From Longimicrobiales bacterium (GTDB lineage Bacteria > Gemmatimonadota > Gemmatimonadetes > Longimicrobiales > Gaopeijiaceae), in assembly GCA_965238005.1 (NCBI GenBank), contig OZ250165.1, positions 1,696,001-1,760,000 of the forward strand: a stretch of 64,000 nucleotides of DNA, written 5' to 3'. The position numbers were made by a program, and so were the translations under genes. Below are positions 1 to 10,175 of this stretch, piece after piece. Position 1 is the stretch's first letter. Every line of letters begins with the position of its first letter. The notes under the pieces are model-generated. The model ran no database searches. It was not told the DNA's origin and saw nothing but the letters and a program-made list of their open reading frames with translations.

Positions 1-184
1 GGACATGATGCACCTGTTTCGGGCTTTATTCGGTATCCTGGGTAGGCTGGGGCGTTCTCGTGGTTTAGAGGGGCGCTAATGGCTTGCTGATCTGTAAGCG
101 ACTACAGCAGCACCATACGCCATCTCGCGCACCTCCCTTGGGTTGGTTAGTCTATCTCAGGTTCACTCGAAAGGAGCGTGAAAC

Positions 185-2416
185 ATGTCAATCAGAAGAA
201 GTGCATCATCATGTCTCCGTCTGGCTGGCTTCCTGGCTTTCCTTGCAGTTCACGCCGTGGACGGTTCAGCGCAGGTCCCCGCTGAAACTCAGAATCGGTT
301 GCGGGCGATCTTCGAACAGGGTGAGTTGAATGCCAAGTCCTTTAGCGCGACCTGGCTCCGAGATGGCTCGGGTTACGTCGTGCGTGAACCAGTTTCCGGA
401 TCGGGAGAACCGGCGCTTGTGCGCTATGACGCTGCAAGTGGCGATCGCACTGTGGTGGCTTCACCGTCACAGCTCAAACCTCAGGGGGCGGACACGCCAC
501 TCGAGGTCGTAGACCACGCATTCTCACCGGATGGTAGTTGGCTGTTGCTGCAGGCGTTCCGGGATGAGGCCGGAAACCGTGTCGTTGATTACTGGACGCT
601 GGAGAGGTCATCGGGAGCGCTTCGAAGAGTGGTTGCCGGGGTGTCTTCCTCATCCAGCAACAGCATTGCCCCCGACGGGCAGCGTTTCCTCTATTCCGAT
701 AAGGGAAACCTGCACGTGTACGATCTGCGCCGTGACCAGACGATTGCTCTCACGAAGGACGGGGTCGTCGGCTCGGTTTCGAACGGTCGCTCGGTCTGGA
801 GCCCAGATGGAAAGCGGATCGCTTATGTGCGGTCGGACAGGTCCGACGTCCGGTTGCGATCAATGCTTGTCCCGGGGGATCCAACGTATCCCGAGGTTAG
901 AGAGGTCCGCTATGCCAGAATAGGCGGGACCATCGCGACACTTGGTGTCGGCGTCGTCGCTGCCGAGGGCGGCGAGACAAGCTGGCTCTCCATTCCTGCG
1001 CCGGCGGAGGGTTTCTATCTCGGACAGATCGGCTGGGCCGGAAATTCCGATGAGCTGCTGGTGGAGCAGTGGAGCAGATTCAGGGACAAGCGGGAGTTTC
1101 TCATTGCCGACGTCCGCACTGGTAAGATCACCAGTATGTACGAGGAATCCGATCCGGCCTGGGTCATCGCGAGCTACCGTAAGAATGCCGGACTGGAGTG
1201 GATCCGCGACCACCGCGCATTCATTGTAATGAGCGAAAAGGATGGCTGGCGGCATGCCTATGTCTACTCACGCAAGGGCGAGGAGCAAGCCCTGTTGACA
1301 CCAGGCGCTAGCGATATCATCGAACGTAATATGGTGGACGAAGCAGGAGGTTGGTTTTACTACAACGCATCCCCTGACAACGCGACCCAGAAGTATCTCT
1401 ATCGTGTGCGGCTGGACGGCAGCGGAGAGCCCGAACGGGTCACACCCATGAACCAGCCCGGTACGCATGACTACGTCTTCTCCCCCGACGCTAAGTGGGC
1501 GTTCCATACCTACTCCACCTTTGACACGCCTCCGGTCACCGAACTCGTGGAACTACCCGAGCACCGGGTTGTGCGTGTGCTTGAGGACAATCATGAGGTG
1601 CGCGCCAAAATGGAGTCCCTTGCCGCCCGGCCAGCCGAGTTTCTTCAGCTTGATATTGGCAACGACGTGGTGATGGACGCATGGATGCTCAAGCCCAAGG
1701 ACTTCGACCCTTCGCGGAAGTATCCCGTCTTCATTTATGTGTACAGTGAGCCACACGCACAGACCGTGCTGGACCGCTGGGGGGGCAGCCGAAACGATTA
1801 CCATCGCGTGATCGCCGACCTCGGTTATCTCGTCGTGAGCATGGACAGCCGTGGCACACCGGCGCCGAAGGGCGCTGCATGGAGGCGGGCAGTGTTCGGT
1901 AGCCTTGGCCCGATTTCTACCGAGGAGCAGGCATCGGCTCTGCAGGAGCTTGGCCGTACCCTGTCCTATGTAGACTTGTCCCGGGTCGGGATCTGGGGCT
2001 CGAGCGGTGGAGGTTCGAACACCCTCAATGCCATGTTCCGGAAGCCGGATGTCTATCACGTAGGGATCGCCAAAGCAGCCAAGCCGCAACCGCACCTCTA
2101 CAATGCATCTTTCCAGGAGATCTACATGAATACCCCGGAGGTGAATCCGGATGGATACCGTGAGTCTGCCCCAATCAACTTTGCCGAAGGCCTCAAGGGC
2201 GACCTCCTGATCATCCATGGCACGGGAGAGACCAACACCCATGTCCAAATCATAGAGGGTCTGGTAGATCGCCTCATAGAACTGGGCAAGCAGTTTGATT
2301 ACATGACCTACCCCAACCGTAACCATGGTATCCGGGTGGGTAAGGGCACATCGCTACACCTGCACAATCTTATGGCACGGTATCTGTTCACGCATCTGCC
2401 GGCCGGTCCCCGGTAG
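185..2416 (+). CDS. S9 family (DPP-IV-like) dipeptidyl peptidase, secreted
   Basis: Signal peptide, beta-propeller WSPDG repeats, GIWGSSGGG nucleophile elbow, IIHGTGETN and YPNRNH catalytic motifs. Confidence 0.9.
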   Translation: MSIRRSASSCLRLAGFLAFLAVHAVDGSAQVPAETQNRLRAIFEQGELNAKSFSATWLRDGSGYVVREPVSGSGEPALVRYDAASGDRTVVASPSQLKPQGADTPLEVVDHAFSPDGSWLLLQAFRDEAGNRVVDYWTLERSSGALRRVVAGVSSSSSNSIAPDGQRFLYSDKGNLHVYDLRRDQTIALTKDGVVGSVSNGRSVWSPDGKRIAYVRSDRSDVRLRSMLVPGDPTYPEVREVRYARIGGTIATLGVGVVAAEGGETSWLSIPAPAEGFYLGQIGWAGNSDELLVEQWSRFRDKREFLIADVRTGKITSMYEESDPAWVIASYRKNAGLEWIRDHRAFIVMSEKDGWRHAYVYSRKGEEQALLTPGASDIIERNMVDEAGGWFYYNASPDNATQKYLYRVRLDGSGEPERVTPMNQPGTHDYVFSPDAKWAFHTYSTFDTPPVTELVELPEHRVVRVLEDNHEVRAKMESLAARPAEFLQLDIGNDVVMDAWMLKPKDFDPSRKYPVFIYVYSEPHAQTVLDRWGGSRNDYHRVIADLGYLVVSMDSRGTPAPKGAAWRRAVFGSLGPISTEEQASALQELGRTLSYVDLSRVGIWGSSGGGSNTLNAMFRKPDVYHVGIAKAAKPQPHLYNASFQEIYMNTPEVNPDGYRESAPINFAEGLKGDLLIIHGTGETNTHVQIIEGLVDRLIELGKQFDYMTYPNRNHGIRVGKGTSLHLHNLMARYLFTHLPAGPR

Positions 2417-2486
2417 GTGTGGTTAGTGTCTGACCGATACTCGAGTGGGTGTGGTGGTTCAACTATCACCGCCTCCTAGGAAGGCG

Positions 2487-2527
2487 ACTGTCGGTAGGTA
2501 CTGTCGGTTACTGTCGGTTTACTGTCG
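2487..2527 (+). repeat. Direct repeats of ACTGTCGGT (probable integrase arm-type sites)
   Basis: Copies at 2487, 2500, 2510, 2521 (partial) and ~2753, on both sides of a tRNA 3' fragment. Confidence 0.6.
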
Positions 2528-2634
2528 ATTCGAGGCGGCAGATGCCGACATTGGCTGAGGCGGATGACGGCATACCGTGCAGCCCGCCAACGGTTTATGC
2601 GGTCTAATGTCGGAATCCCGTACCCGCTTGAACT

Positions 2635-2680
2635 TGCCTCCTAAGCAGTAGGCCGCAGGTTCGAATCCTGCCGGGGACGC
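2635..2680 (+). pseudogene. 3' half of tRNA-Arg(CCT); att-site remnant
   Basis: TGC-CTCCTAA-GCA anticodon arm, GCAGG-TTCGAAT-CCTGC T arm, CGGGGACG acceptor strand; no matching 5' half upstream. Confidence 0.75.
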
Positions 2681-2928
2681 TTAGGTAAGTGAAGGCCCTG
2701 CTTGGACTTAGATTGTCTGAGCGAGGCTTCGTCGTAGGTGCTGACTCACCGTACTGTCGGTGGGCTGCTGATCAAGCGGGAGAAAGCCACCGGAAGCAAA
2801 CTCTCTACTCTGCTCCCCCTCTCTTCCAAACGGGACCGACGCCGCAGGGCCGTTGAGGGGCCTTATTCTTTTATCCTTTCTATTGCTGGCATACCGGTTC
2901 CGGTTTGCTGGACAAGTCGGCGGCCTAA

Positions 2929-3864
2929 TCAAGCCGCCTTCAGGGTGAGCTCCTGACGGACCTGGGCCGGGGTCCGATACCCATGCCGCTCTAGGAGCCA
3001 CCCGCGGTTGTAGCGTTCGATAAACGCGTCGATCTCCTGTCTGGCCTCCTCGAGACTCTTGAAGTCGTGGAGGTACAAGCACTCCTCCTTCAGCGTCCGC
3101 ATGAAGCGCTCTGCGACGCCGTTGCACTCCGGCTCTCCCACGTACGAGGCCGTCGAGCGGATCCCGAGCCAGGCCAGCTCCCCCTGGAACTGATGCGCCG
3201 TGTACTGCGGTCCCCAGTCGTGCCGTAGGCCGAGCCCCAGAGCGATCTTGGGCGCGTAGTCGTCCATGTGGGTCCGTACGCCCTGGCGGATCGGCTCGAG
3301 CGCTGCCCACCGATCGCCCTTCTTCGCCACGTGCCAGCCCACCACGTCCGTGACGCAGTGATCCACCGCCACGAAAAACCAGCACCACCCATCCTCCTTC
3401 GTGTAGAACCGCGTCGCGTCCGTGCCCCACAGCTCGTTCGGCACGTCCGTCGTGATCCGGCCACTGTGGCTCCGGTCCCCATGCGGATGCTTCCCGCGTC
3501 GTACAGGGGCCAGCAGCCCATTCTCCCGCATCAGCCTGAGCACGCGGTTCTTGCCCACATGGATCCCCTTCGGCCTCAGGCGCGCCCTCACCTTTCGATG
3601 ACCCTCGCCCAGGAAGTCGCTCTGCTTCAGCACCTGTCGGATCTCCTCTACCAACTCCTCGTCGCTCAGCTTCGTCTTCGGTCCTCGTTTCTTCGGCTCT
3701 GCCGGCCCCTCGCTCTCTTCTCGATCCCGGGCCGCATAGACCGTCGAGCGCCCCACCCGCCAGGCCTCGCAGATCATCGTCAGAGGGTAGGGCCGCCCGG
3801 TCCCCGGACTCACTCGCGTCCACGCTTCAAGAGCGTCCGTAGCTCGTCCCCGTACCCCCTTTTT
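2929..3864 (-). CDS. IS3-family transposase OrfB (DDE/rve), probably expressed by -1 frameshift
   Basis: WGTD, LRHDWGPQY, ERFMRTLKEE motifs; start set at the slippery site (approximate). Confidence 0.85.
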   Translation of the reverse strand, partial: KKGVRGRATDALEAWTRVSPGTGRPYPLTMICEAWRVGRSTVYAARDREESEGPAEPKKRGPKTKLSDEELVEEIRQVLKQSDFLGEGHRKVRARLRPKGIHVGKNRVLRLMRENGLLAPVRRGKHPHGDRSHSGRITTDVPNELWGTDATRFYTKEDGWCWFFVAVDHCVTDVVGWHVAKKGDRWAALEPIRQGVRTHMDDYAPKIALGLGLRHDWGPQYTAHQFQGELAWLGIRSTASYVGEPECNGVAERFMRTLKEECLYLHDFKSLEEARQEIDAFIERYNRGWLLERHGYRTPAQVRQELTLKAA

Positions 3865-4172
3865 TCCAGGAGCTCTCTCGCAAGCTCCAGTCGCATCGTC
3901 AACTCTCCCAGCTTCGCCTGGGTCCGGGTCAGCTCTCGTTCTCCAGGGTCCCGGCCCCGGCGCCTCAGCCCCTGCTGACCGGTCTCCAGAAACACCCGCC
4001 GCCATTCCTCCAACTCCGGTGGTGAGACCTGCACCTCGCGGCTGACCTCCACCAGATCCTCCCCCCGCAGCAGGCGCAGCACCACCTCCGTCTTATGCTG
4101 TGCGCTCCACCGCTCGGGTACCTTCTCACGACCTTCGGTCGCCTTCTTTTCCCTCGGCTTCTGGGCCATCAC
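3810..4172 (-). CDS. IS3-family transposase OrfA (HTH)
   Basis: RWSAQHKTEVVLRLLRGE HTH followed by a coiled coil. Confidence 0.85.
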   Translation of the reverse strand: MMAQKPREKKATEGREKVPERWSAQHKTEVVLRLLRGEDLVEVSREVQVSPPELEEWRRVFLETGQQGLRRRGRDPGERELTRTQAKLGELTMRLELARELLEKRGYGDELRTLLKRGRE

Positions 4173-4235
4173 GTCCCTTTCTCTCTGGACCCGCTCTCTT
4201 TGCCAATCTACTGTCCAGAGAAACCGGGGGCGCTA

Positions 4236-4579
4236 AAAGAGGGTCTGTCGCGCTCTCCGACCTCAAGATCGAGGATAAAGTTGCCGGTGGAGTTGAAGGT
4301 CTTGGATCGGCTGATCGCCCAGTTGATGTGGGGCTTGGGTTTTCTGCGGTCGTCGAGCACACAGTAGACTCTCTGATCCGTAGCGACAAGCCAGGTGCGT
4401 TGCTTCCTAGTTTGGAAGAAGAGTAAGGTCGCCGCACCCTCCAACTGCTCCTCCCCGGATCGGAAGTTCTTGGAGTGAACCACATAGCCAGCGATATCCC
4501 CGGGATCCATGAAGTCGCGAAGTCCGAAGAGAGGTTCATTCCTCAACCTCCTCCGGAGTCGAAGTCTGTACAACCGCAC
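4236..4579 (-). pseudogene. Hypothetical protein truncated at its 3' end by the IS3 element
   Basis: Protein-like ORF runs into the IS terminus. Confidence 0.45.
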
Positions 4580-4778
4580 TACTGCCTTCGAGAAGGTTGT
4601 TCAGGATCATCGGCCATCCGACCGCTACGGCGATGGCGGCCTGGATATTCGGCTGGAGGATCTGGGCCGCCGCACTAATGAGACCGACAATGCCTGCCGC
4701 GACTGCCCACCCTAGTAGGACCGCGTAGCGGTTCTTCTCCCCGTAGCTGATGTCGAGGAATGATCGTCCTTCCCGCAC
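4536..4778 (-). CDS. Small two-TM hypothetical membrane protein (possibly 5'-truncated)
   Basis: Two hydrophobic segments; overlaps the start of the next ORF. Confidence 0.4.
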   Translation of the reverse strand: MREGRSFLDISYGEKNRYAVLLGWAVAAGIVGLISAAAQILQPNIQAAIAVAVGWPMILNNLLEGSSAVVQTSTPEEVEE

Positions 4779-4813
4779 GGGAACTCACGCTTCAACCCAC
4801 TCTCTCCAATGGC

Positions 4814-6838
4814 CTAGGCTTCTCGGGCAAACTCACTCTTGGGCATTGAGCGAGCGATCTCCACTCGGGCATCGTTGAAACAGGCGCCCCCACCGACCAC
4901 GTTCAAATGGGTCGGGCAAAGCGCGGTTGAGGTCTTGCCGTTCATCGAGGACTTTCGCCACGCGCCTTTGGGCATCGACACCACCCCCTCCCGAACGCGT
5001 TCGTCGACCCGCGCATGGCAGATTACCTCACCCAGCTCGTTGAAGACCCGGACGGTCTCGCCGTCGACGATCCCCCGACGCTCGGCATCGGCCGGATGGA
5101 CGGAAACCGCCAGCACCGGATAGTTGAACTCGCCCAGCGTGCTCGACACCATCTTGGTGCTCGCCGGACTGATGAGCGCGAGGGGATACCGTGCGTCCCT
5201 ACCAGATTCGTAACGGTACGGATGCGGACCCAGCTCGGGCGGGGTGAGGTGGATCTTTCCGTCATGGGTTCGGGGCATGATGGTGCGGAGCTGGATCGCG
5301 CCGTCGGGAAAGTCGAGGACGTCCAGGCGCCCGGCTGACAAGGCCTCCACGTTCGCCGCACGGCCCTCCATGCTGACGCCGTCGGCGACCTTCCGCAGAT
5401 GGGTCTCGCTGTCCCAGGCGAAAGGAGCGTCGTCCCAGCCCATGGCCCGCGCCAACAGGGCGAACACCTGGTCGTTGGGCTTCGCTTCCCCCATGGGGTC
5501 GATCACGGGACGAATGCCCCCCACCACGTAGTTGCCATAGCCGACCCGTATGTCCCGCTGCTCCAGAAACGTCGTTGCGGGCAGCAGGATGTCGGCGTAG
5601 CGCGCCGTATCGGTCATGACCTGCTCGAAGACGACCGTGAAGAGGTCCTCCCTGGCCAGTCCCCGAAGAACCGCATTCTGGTCGGGCACAGTGACCGCCG
5701 GGTTGCAGTTGTAGACGAAAAGACCCTTGACCGGCGGGTTCGGGTCGCCCGTGAGCACCTCTCCAAGCCGGGTCATGTTGATGACGCGGGTCTGCCAGTC
5801 GCTGTCTCCGTAGACGCGACTGGTGTCCAGCTTGACGGCCCCGCCGTTGCTCATGGTGTACCCGCCACCCAGGACACCGAACTTTCCCATGATCGCGGGC
5901 ATGGCCAGGATGGCCGCCACCGCCTGACCACCGTTGCGATTACGCTCCAGGCCTCACCCACACCGGATGACCGCGGGACTCCCACCCGCATAGGCGCGCG
6001 CCAGCGTCTCGATGTCTTCGGCGGGGACCCCGCTCTCGCTGGCGGCGGCGTCCAACGTCCAGCGGTCCGCCTGTTCCAGGAGTAGCTCGATTCCATCCGC
6101 GTGCTCCGCCAGGAACGTCTCATCGAGCTCTCCCGCCTCGTGCCACAGCCGAATCATCGCAAGCGCCAAGGGCAGGTCAGCCCCCGGAAGAACCGGTAGG
6201 TGAAGGTCTATCTCGTTGTCGGAAAAGCGGTTCCAGGGGTCGACCACGGCGATGAAGGCACCGTTGCGCTTCGCCTCGCGAAGGTACGGCACTAGATGGA
6301 TGTTGGAAGCCTTGGGGTTCGCCCCCCAAATGATGATCGTTCGGGCACTCGGATAGGCCTCGAACGAGACCCCTGGCATCTTGCCGTACATCCCGACCAC
6401 CTGGGTGGTCGGGACCGCACAGATGGTCTTGCCCAGGCGGGACGCACCCAGCCGTGCGAAGTAAAGTCCGTCCAGGCCTCCATCGCTCAGGAGTCCGTTT
6501 GAGCCACCATAGTGATAGGGGAGGATGGCCTCGCCGCCCCATTCCCGTCTGATCCCCTCGAACCGTTTCGTGATCTCGCCGATCGCCTCGTCCCATGAGA
6601 TGCGGACGTACTCGTCAGAGCCCTTGGCGCCCCCGCGGCGCATGGGGTGGAGCACGCGGTCGGGATGATAGGCTCGCTGACCGTATTGGCGGACCTTGTC
6701 ACAGATGAATCCGTTGGTCACGCTGTCGTCGCGGCTGCCGGTAATCCTCTGCACCTTGCCCCCCTCTACGCTCACCTCGAGGGCACAGGTGTCCGGGCAG
6801 TCCATGATGCAGGTCGTGGCCAAGGTTTTCGGCACCAT
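4814..6838 (-). pseudogene. Molybdopterin (bis-MGD) oxidoreductase interrupted by an in-frame TGA at 5954-5956
   Basis: N-terminal CxxDCPDTC Fe-S motif, ADILLPATTFLE, C-terminal dinucleotide-binding domain; both ORFs share a frame and read IRCG*GLERNRNGG. Confidence 0.85.
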
Positions 6839-6939
6839 CGGTCTCCCCTAGTGGTACGCAGGCCTGACTGACGGGGTCACGTCGTTCATCCCCGGTATTC
6901 GGACGCCTCGACTCGAACGCCGAAAGTTAAGCCAAGCGT

Positions 6940-7221
6940 CTACTCCATGCGCCTATAGCGATAGAGTCGGTATCCATCCCGCTGCTCGAAGGCGTCGGGT
7001 TCGTAGCCTTGCGCAAGTATGGCGTCGAGGACCATCGCCATCCCCGCACCCATGAGATCCTGATCGCCGGCGAAGGTCATCCTGTCCGCGATCGCGAGCT
7101 CGAAAGAAGGACCTTCAAGTTTGGTCGCTACGACGTGGGCGTGAGCCGATTGGGCCGACTCAAAAATAGTCATCGTGCTCAGCTGCGAAAGAACATCAAG
7201 AGTTACTCTTTGGAGAGCCAT
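6940..7221 (-). CDS. Hypothetical protein
   Basis: Protein-like 93 aa segment from MALQRV to the stop. Confidence 0.45.
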   Translation of the reverse strand: MALQRVTLDVLSQLSTMTIFESAQSAHAHVVATKLEGPSFELAIADRMTFAGDQDLMGAGMAMVLDAILAQGYEPDAFEQRDGYRLYRYRRME

Positions 7222-7272
7222 ACGTATCTCTACGTCGCAAATATACGTACGAGGCCGTGCTGCGGCATGTAG
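7220..7272. repeat. Dispersed palindromic element (TACGTAT...ATACGTAC), copy 1
   Basis: Similar copies at 9264-9321 and 59897-59937. Confidence 0.65.
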
Positions 7273-7315
7273 TTTTGCCACGAGGCGACAGCCGAGCAGC
7301 CCTTCTGCATGGCGG

Positions 7316-8644
7316 TCATGGCGTCGCCTCCAAAGAACTGTGGACGCTGTCGGTGGGTCTGGGGCGTAGAGCCTCGAGGTCGCTGCCTGCCGGCTCCTGG
7401 AAGGCCTGGAGCCCGAACTCCGGGAGGCTCGCGATGAGGTGGTCGAAGATGTCCGCCTGCAGTCCCTCGTAGTTTCCCCAGTCCGTGTCATTGGAGAAGC
7501 AGTAGATCTCCAGGGGCAGGCCCTGGGGCCCAGGCTGGAGCTGCCGCAGGAGGAGCGTCATCCCCTGGTGGATCTTGGGATGGCTGCCCAGATAGTGCCG
7601 CACGTACGCCCGGAACGTGCCCACGTTCGTGAGGCGTCGTTGGTCCGGAATGAGGTCATCGCCCGGCACTTCCCGGGCATTGGCGACCTCCAGCTCACTC
7701 CGCTTGGACTGCAGGTATTCGTGCAGGAACTCGAAGCAGGAGAGCCGGGCCACCTCCTCGTCCGACAGGAAATGGATGGAGTTCATGTCCAGGTGGATCG
7801 CGCGCTTGATGCGCCGGCCGCCGGACTCACTCATCCCCCGCCAGTTCTTGAACGACTCGGAGATGAACTTGTGGGTGGGGATCGTGGAGATGGTCTTGTC
7901 CCAGTTCTGGATCTTCACCGTATGCAGCGCGATGTCGATGACGTCGCCGTCGGCGTCGGCCTGGGGCATCTCGACCCAGTCCCCGATGCGGATCATGTCG
8001 TTGGACATGATCTGGACGCTGGCCACCAGCGAGAGGATCGTGTCCCGGAAGACCAGCATCAGGACCGCCGTGAGCGCTCCGAGACCCGACAGGAAGACCA
8101 CCGGCGAGCGATCCCCCAGGATGGAGATCACCACGACGCCCGCGATCACATAAAGGAAGAGACTGATGACCTGGAGATAGCCCTTGATGGGGCGGTTCCC
8201 GGCCTCGGCGTAGGTCTCGGCGTAGATGTCGTTCAGGGCGTTCAGGAGGCCCCCGGCGGCCGTGGTGAGGGCCACCACCACCCATGCCAGGGACACCCGG
8301 CGCACCAGGATCGCGCCGGCGAGCATGAGTCCCTCCCGACTCGTGGACTGAAGGTCCACGGCCGGGGCGTCAACCAGGGCGTCAGGACCGACCCCCAGCG
8401 CCCATCCAATTCCAGCGTAGGTCACGAGCGCCGGCGCGATGTTGGCCAGCCGGTGGAAGACCCGTCGTTCGATGATGCGATCGTCCCATGTGGACCGGGT
8501 CCTGCTCGCCACCCGGTGGGCCAGCCCCAGGAATACGCGGCGGGCCACGACGTTGGCGGCCCACGCCAGGATGGTGAGTGAAAGGAGCCCGCCTACAGCC
8601 CGAAGCCAGTCGTTCGCGGCTATGCTCGACAGCAAGTCCTGCAT
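7316..8644 (-). CDS. Mechanosensitive ion channel, MscS family (YbdG/MscM-like)
   Basis: GLGALTAVLMLVFRDTIL, IGDWVEMP, VKIQNWDKT, GGRRIKR, LTNVGTFRAY motifs. Confidence 0.92.
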   Translation of the reverse strand: MQDLLSSIAANDWLRAVGGLLSLTILAWAANVVARRVFLGLAHRVASRTRSTWDDRIIERRVFHRLANIAPALVTYAGIGWALGVGPDALVDAPAVDLQSTSREGLMLAGAILVRRVSLAWVVVALTTAAGGLLNALNDIYAETYAEAGNRPIKGYLQVISLFLYVIAGVVVISILGDRSPVVFLSGLGALTAVLMLVFRDTILSLVASVQIMSNDMIRIGDWVEMPQADADGDVIDIALHTVKIQNWDKTISTIPTHKFISESFKNWRGMSESGGRRIKRAIHLDMNSIHFLSDEEVARLSCFEFLHEYLQSKRSELEVANAREVPGDDLIPDQRRLTNVGTFRAYVRHYLGSHPKIHQGMTLLLRQLQPGPQGLPLEIYCFSNDTDWGNYEGLQADIFDHLIASLPEFGLQAFQEPAGSDLEALRPRPTDSVHSSLEATP

Positions 8645-8780
8645 GGTCTTTCCCTTTCAGGCTGTGCGGGGGCGGGCCTCATGCCGCAGCATTTTCGCCC
8701 AAGAAATAGTGTAAACCGCGCGCCCGCCTCAAGACAGGCACGGCAAGCTGTCATGCCAGGATTCGTGTAGTAAGTCTCCA

Positions 8781-9216
8781 ATGGCTGCACCCTTTAGCGA
8801 GATGTCTTCGAGACCGCCCGAGCGGCTGACGCCCGAGGTGGTGCGCGAGGACTCGTGGCGGCTGTACCAGCAAAGACTGGACCAGGAGCGTGCCGCTCCA
8901 ATCGAAGGTACGGAGGGTGGCTGGTTCCCGTTCTTTTCGCCGGACGGTGCCTGGATCGGTTTCGCGGTCGGAAGGTCGCTGAAGCGAGTCTCACTGGCTG
9001 ACGGCGATGCGGAAACAATCGCCCCGGACATTGAGAGTGGGCTACGACGTCTTCGCTGACGGCTCGTTCGTCATCACCGTGCAGGATGATGACAACAGCC
9101 AGACGGGTGGGGATGGAGAGTCGATTGTCGCGAGGAGGCTCGAGCGGTTCGGGGCTACTGAGTTGCACGTCATCCTCAACTGGTTCGAGGAGTGGAAGGA
9201 GCGGGTGGGGAACTGA
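8781..9216 (+). pseudogene. Fragments of the TolB-like C-terminus of a Ser/Thr kinase-type protein
   Basis: PFFSPDGAWIGF, YDVFADGSFV and VILNWFEEWK pieces in different frames. Confidence 0.6.
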
Positions 9217-9263
9217 ACCGTCAGATCTCGCTTGCTAGGAAGCTCGCCGAGTCGCTCTTCGAA

Positions 9264-9321
9264 GAAGCGTACGTATCTTTATCTCGTGAGTATACGTACG
9301 AGGCGCGGCTGCGGCATGTAG
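9264..9321. repeat. Dispersed palindromic element, copy 2
   Basis: CGTACGTATCTTTATCTCGTGAGTATACGTACG...CTGCGGCATGTAG. Confidence 0.65.
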
Positions 9322-9326
9322 ATGCA

Positions 9327-10166
9327 TCAGCCTATCCGCCCCACGAGCTCGTCCACCGGAATCAGAATCTCGCCGGCCTCGGCCTTGAGCCGCTCGAACA
9401 TGCGGCTCACCTCGTCCGCCGCATGCCGCGCTTTCTCGGGATCGGCTCCGGCGGCTAGATCGAGGGCGCTCTTGAGCCTGACCTCGAAGTCTTCCTTTGC
9501 CGCCTCGTTCCCGACCTGAGTGCTCAGAACGTCCCACTGCGTCGCAATGTCGGTCAGCTTGTACCCTGCCCGCACCTGTTGGCGCTTCCGCTCCTCCACC
9601 ACGGTGTAGCGGGCCGCCCGGGGCAGGACAGCGAAGAGCATCTCCTCGAACTTATCCCCCAAGCCGTCCATGGCTCGTTCGACCCGGAGGATGAAGAACC
9701 CCACCAAAAACCCGAGGATGTTGGGTCGGATATAGGTGCCTTCCAGCCCACCGTCTGCGGTCACCTTGGACCACGCCCACCACACGACGAAGAGGTAGGC
9801 GAATGCCTGTGCCACGCGGTACGAGTGCTCACCCCAGTAGCCGCCCAGATCCCAGTCGTCGCCCTTCAAGCGAGCCGTGCCCATGATGAACAAGAGGACG
9901 CCGGCCAAGCACGTGAGATATGGGATCAAGTACGATTGGGCCGGTGCCGGCTGCGCTGAGGTCCCAGGGGTCGGGGAAGCGAAGAACTCGTCTCCATAGA
10001 TCACCGACAGGGGGACGATGATGAGGATGACCGCCACGGAGACTCCGAACAGAAACCAGTTGCGTCGTAGGATCTTGGCCTGCTCGTTCTTCGCCTCTTC
10101 CTCTTCGGTCTCGTGCGTGGGGGTGCCTGTGGTCCTTGGATCTTCCACCGGATTGTCTGCTGCCAT
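9327..10166 (-). CDS. Hypothetical membrane protein (about 4 TM) with a helical C-terminal domain
   Basis: 279 aa ORF with hydrophobic segments; starts 9 nt after the upstream stop. Confidence 0.7.
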   Translation of the reverse strand: MAADNPVEDPRTTGTPTHETEEEEAKNEQAKILRRNWFLFGVSVAVILIIVPLSVIYGDEFFASPTPGTSAQPAPAQSYLIPYLTCLAGVLLFIMGTARLKGDDWDLGGYWGEHSYRVAQAFAYLFVVWWAWSKVTADGGLEGTYIRPNILGFLVGFFILRVERAMDGLGDKFEEMLFAVLPRAARYTVVEERKRQQVRAGYKLTDIATQWDVLSTQVGNEAAKEDFEVRLKSALDLAAGADPEKARHAADEVSRMFERLKAEAGEILIPVDELVGRIG

Positions 10167-10175
10167 CTGAGGCTC

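Larger units (their letters stand above)
2892..4235 (-). mobile_element. IS3-family insertion sequence
   Basis: Imperfect terminal IRs (TACCGGTTCCGGTTTGCTGGACA / TAGCGCCCCCGGTTTCTCTGGACA), orfA and orfB, A6G slippery site at 3859-3865 on the minus strand. Confidence 0.85.

Noticed and set aside
5954..5956. Selenocysteine codon in the molybdopterin enzyme
   Set aside because: The position appears to correspond to Trp rather than the Mo-ligand Cys (TICA motif, intact upstream), and the downstream stem is weak; kept only as a low-probability option
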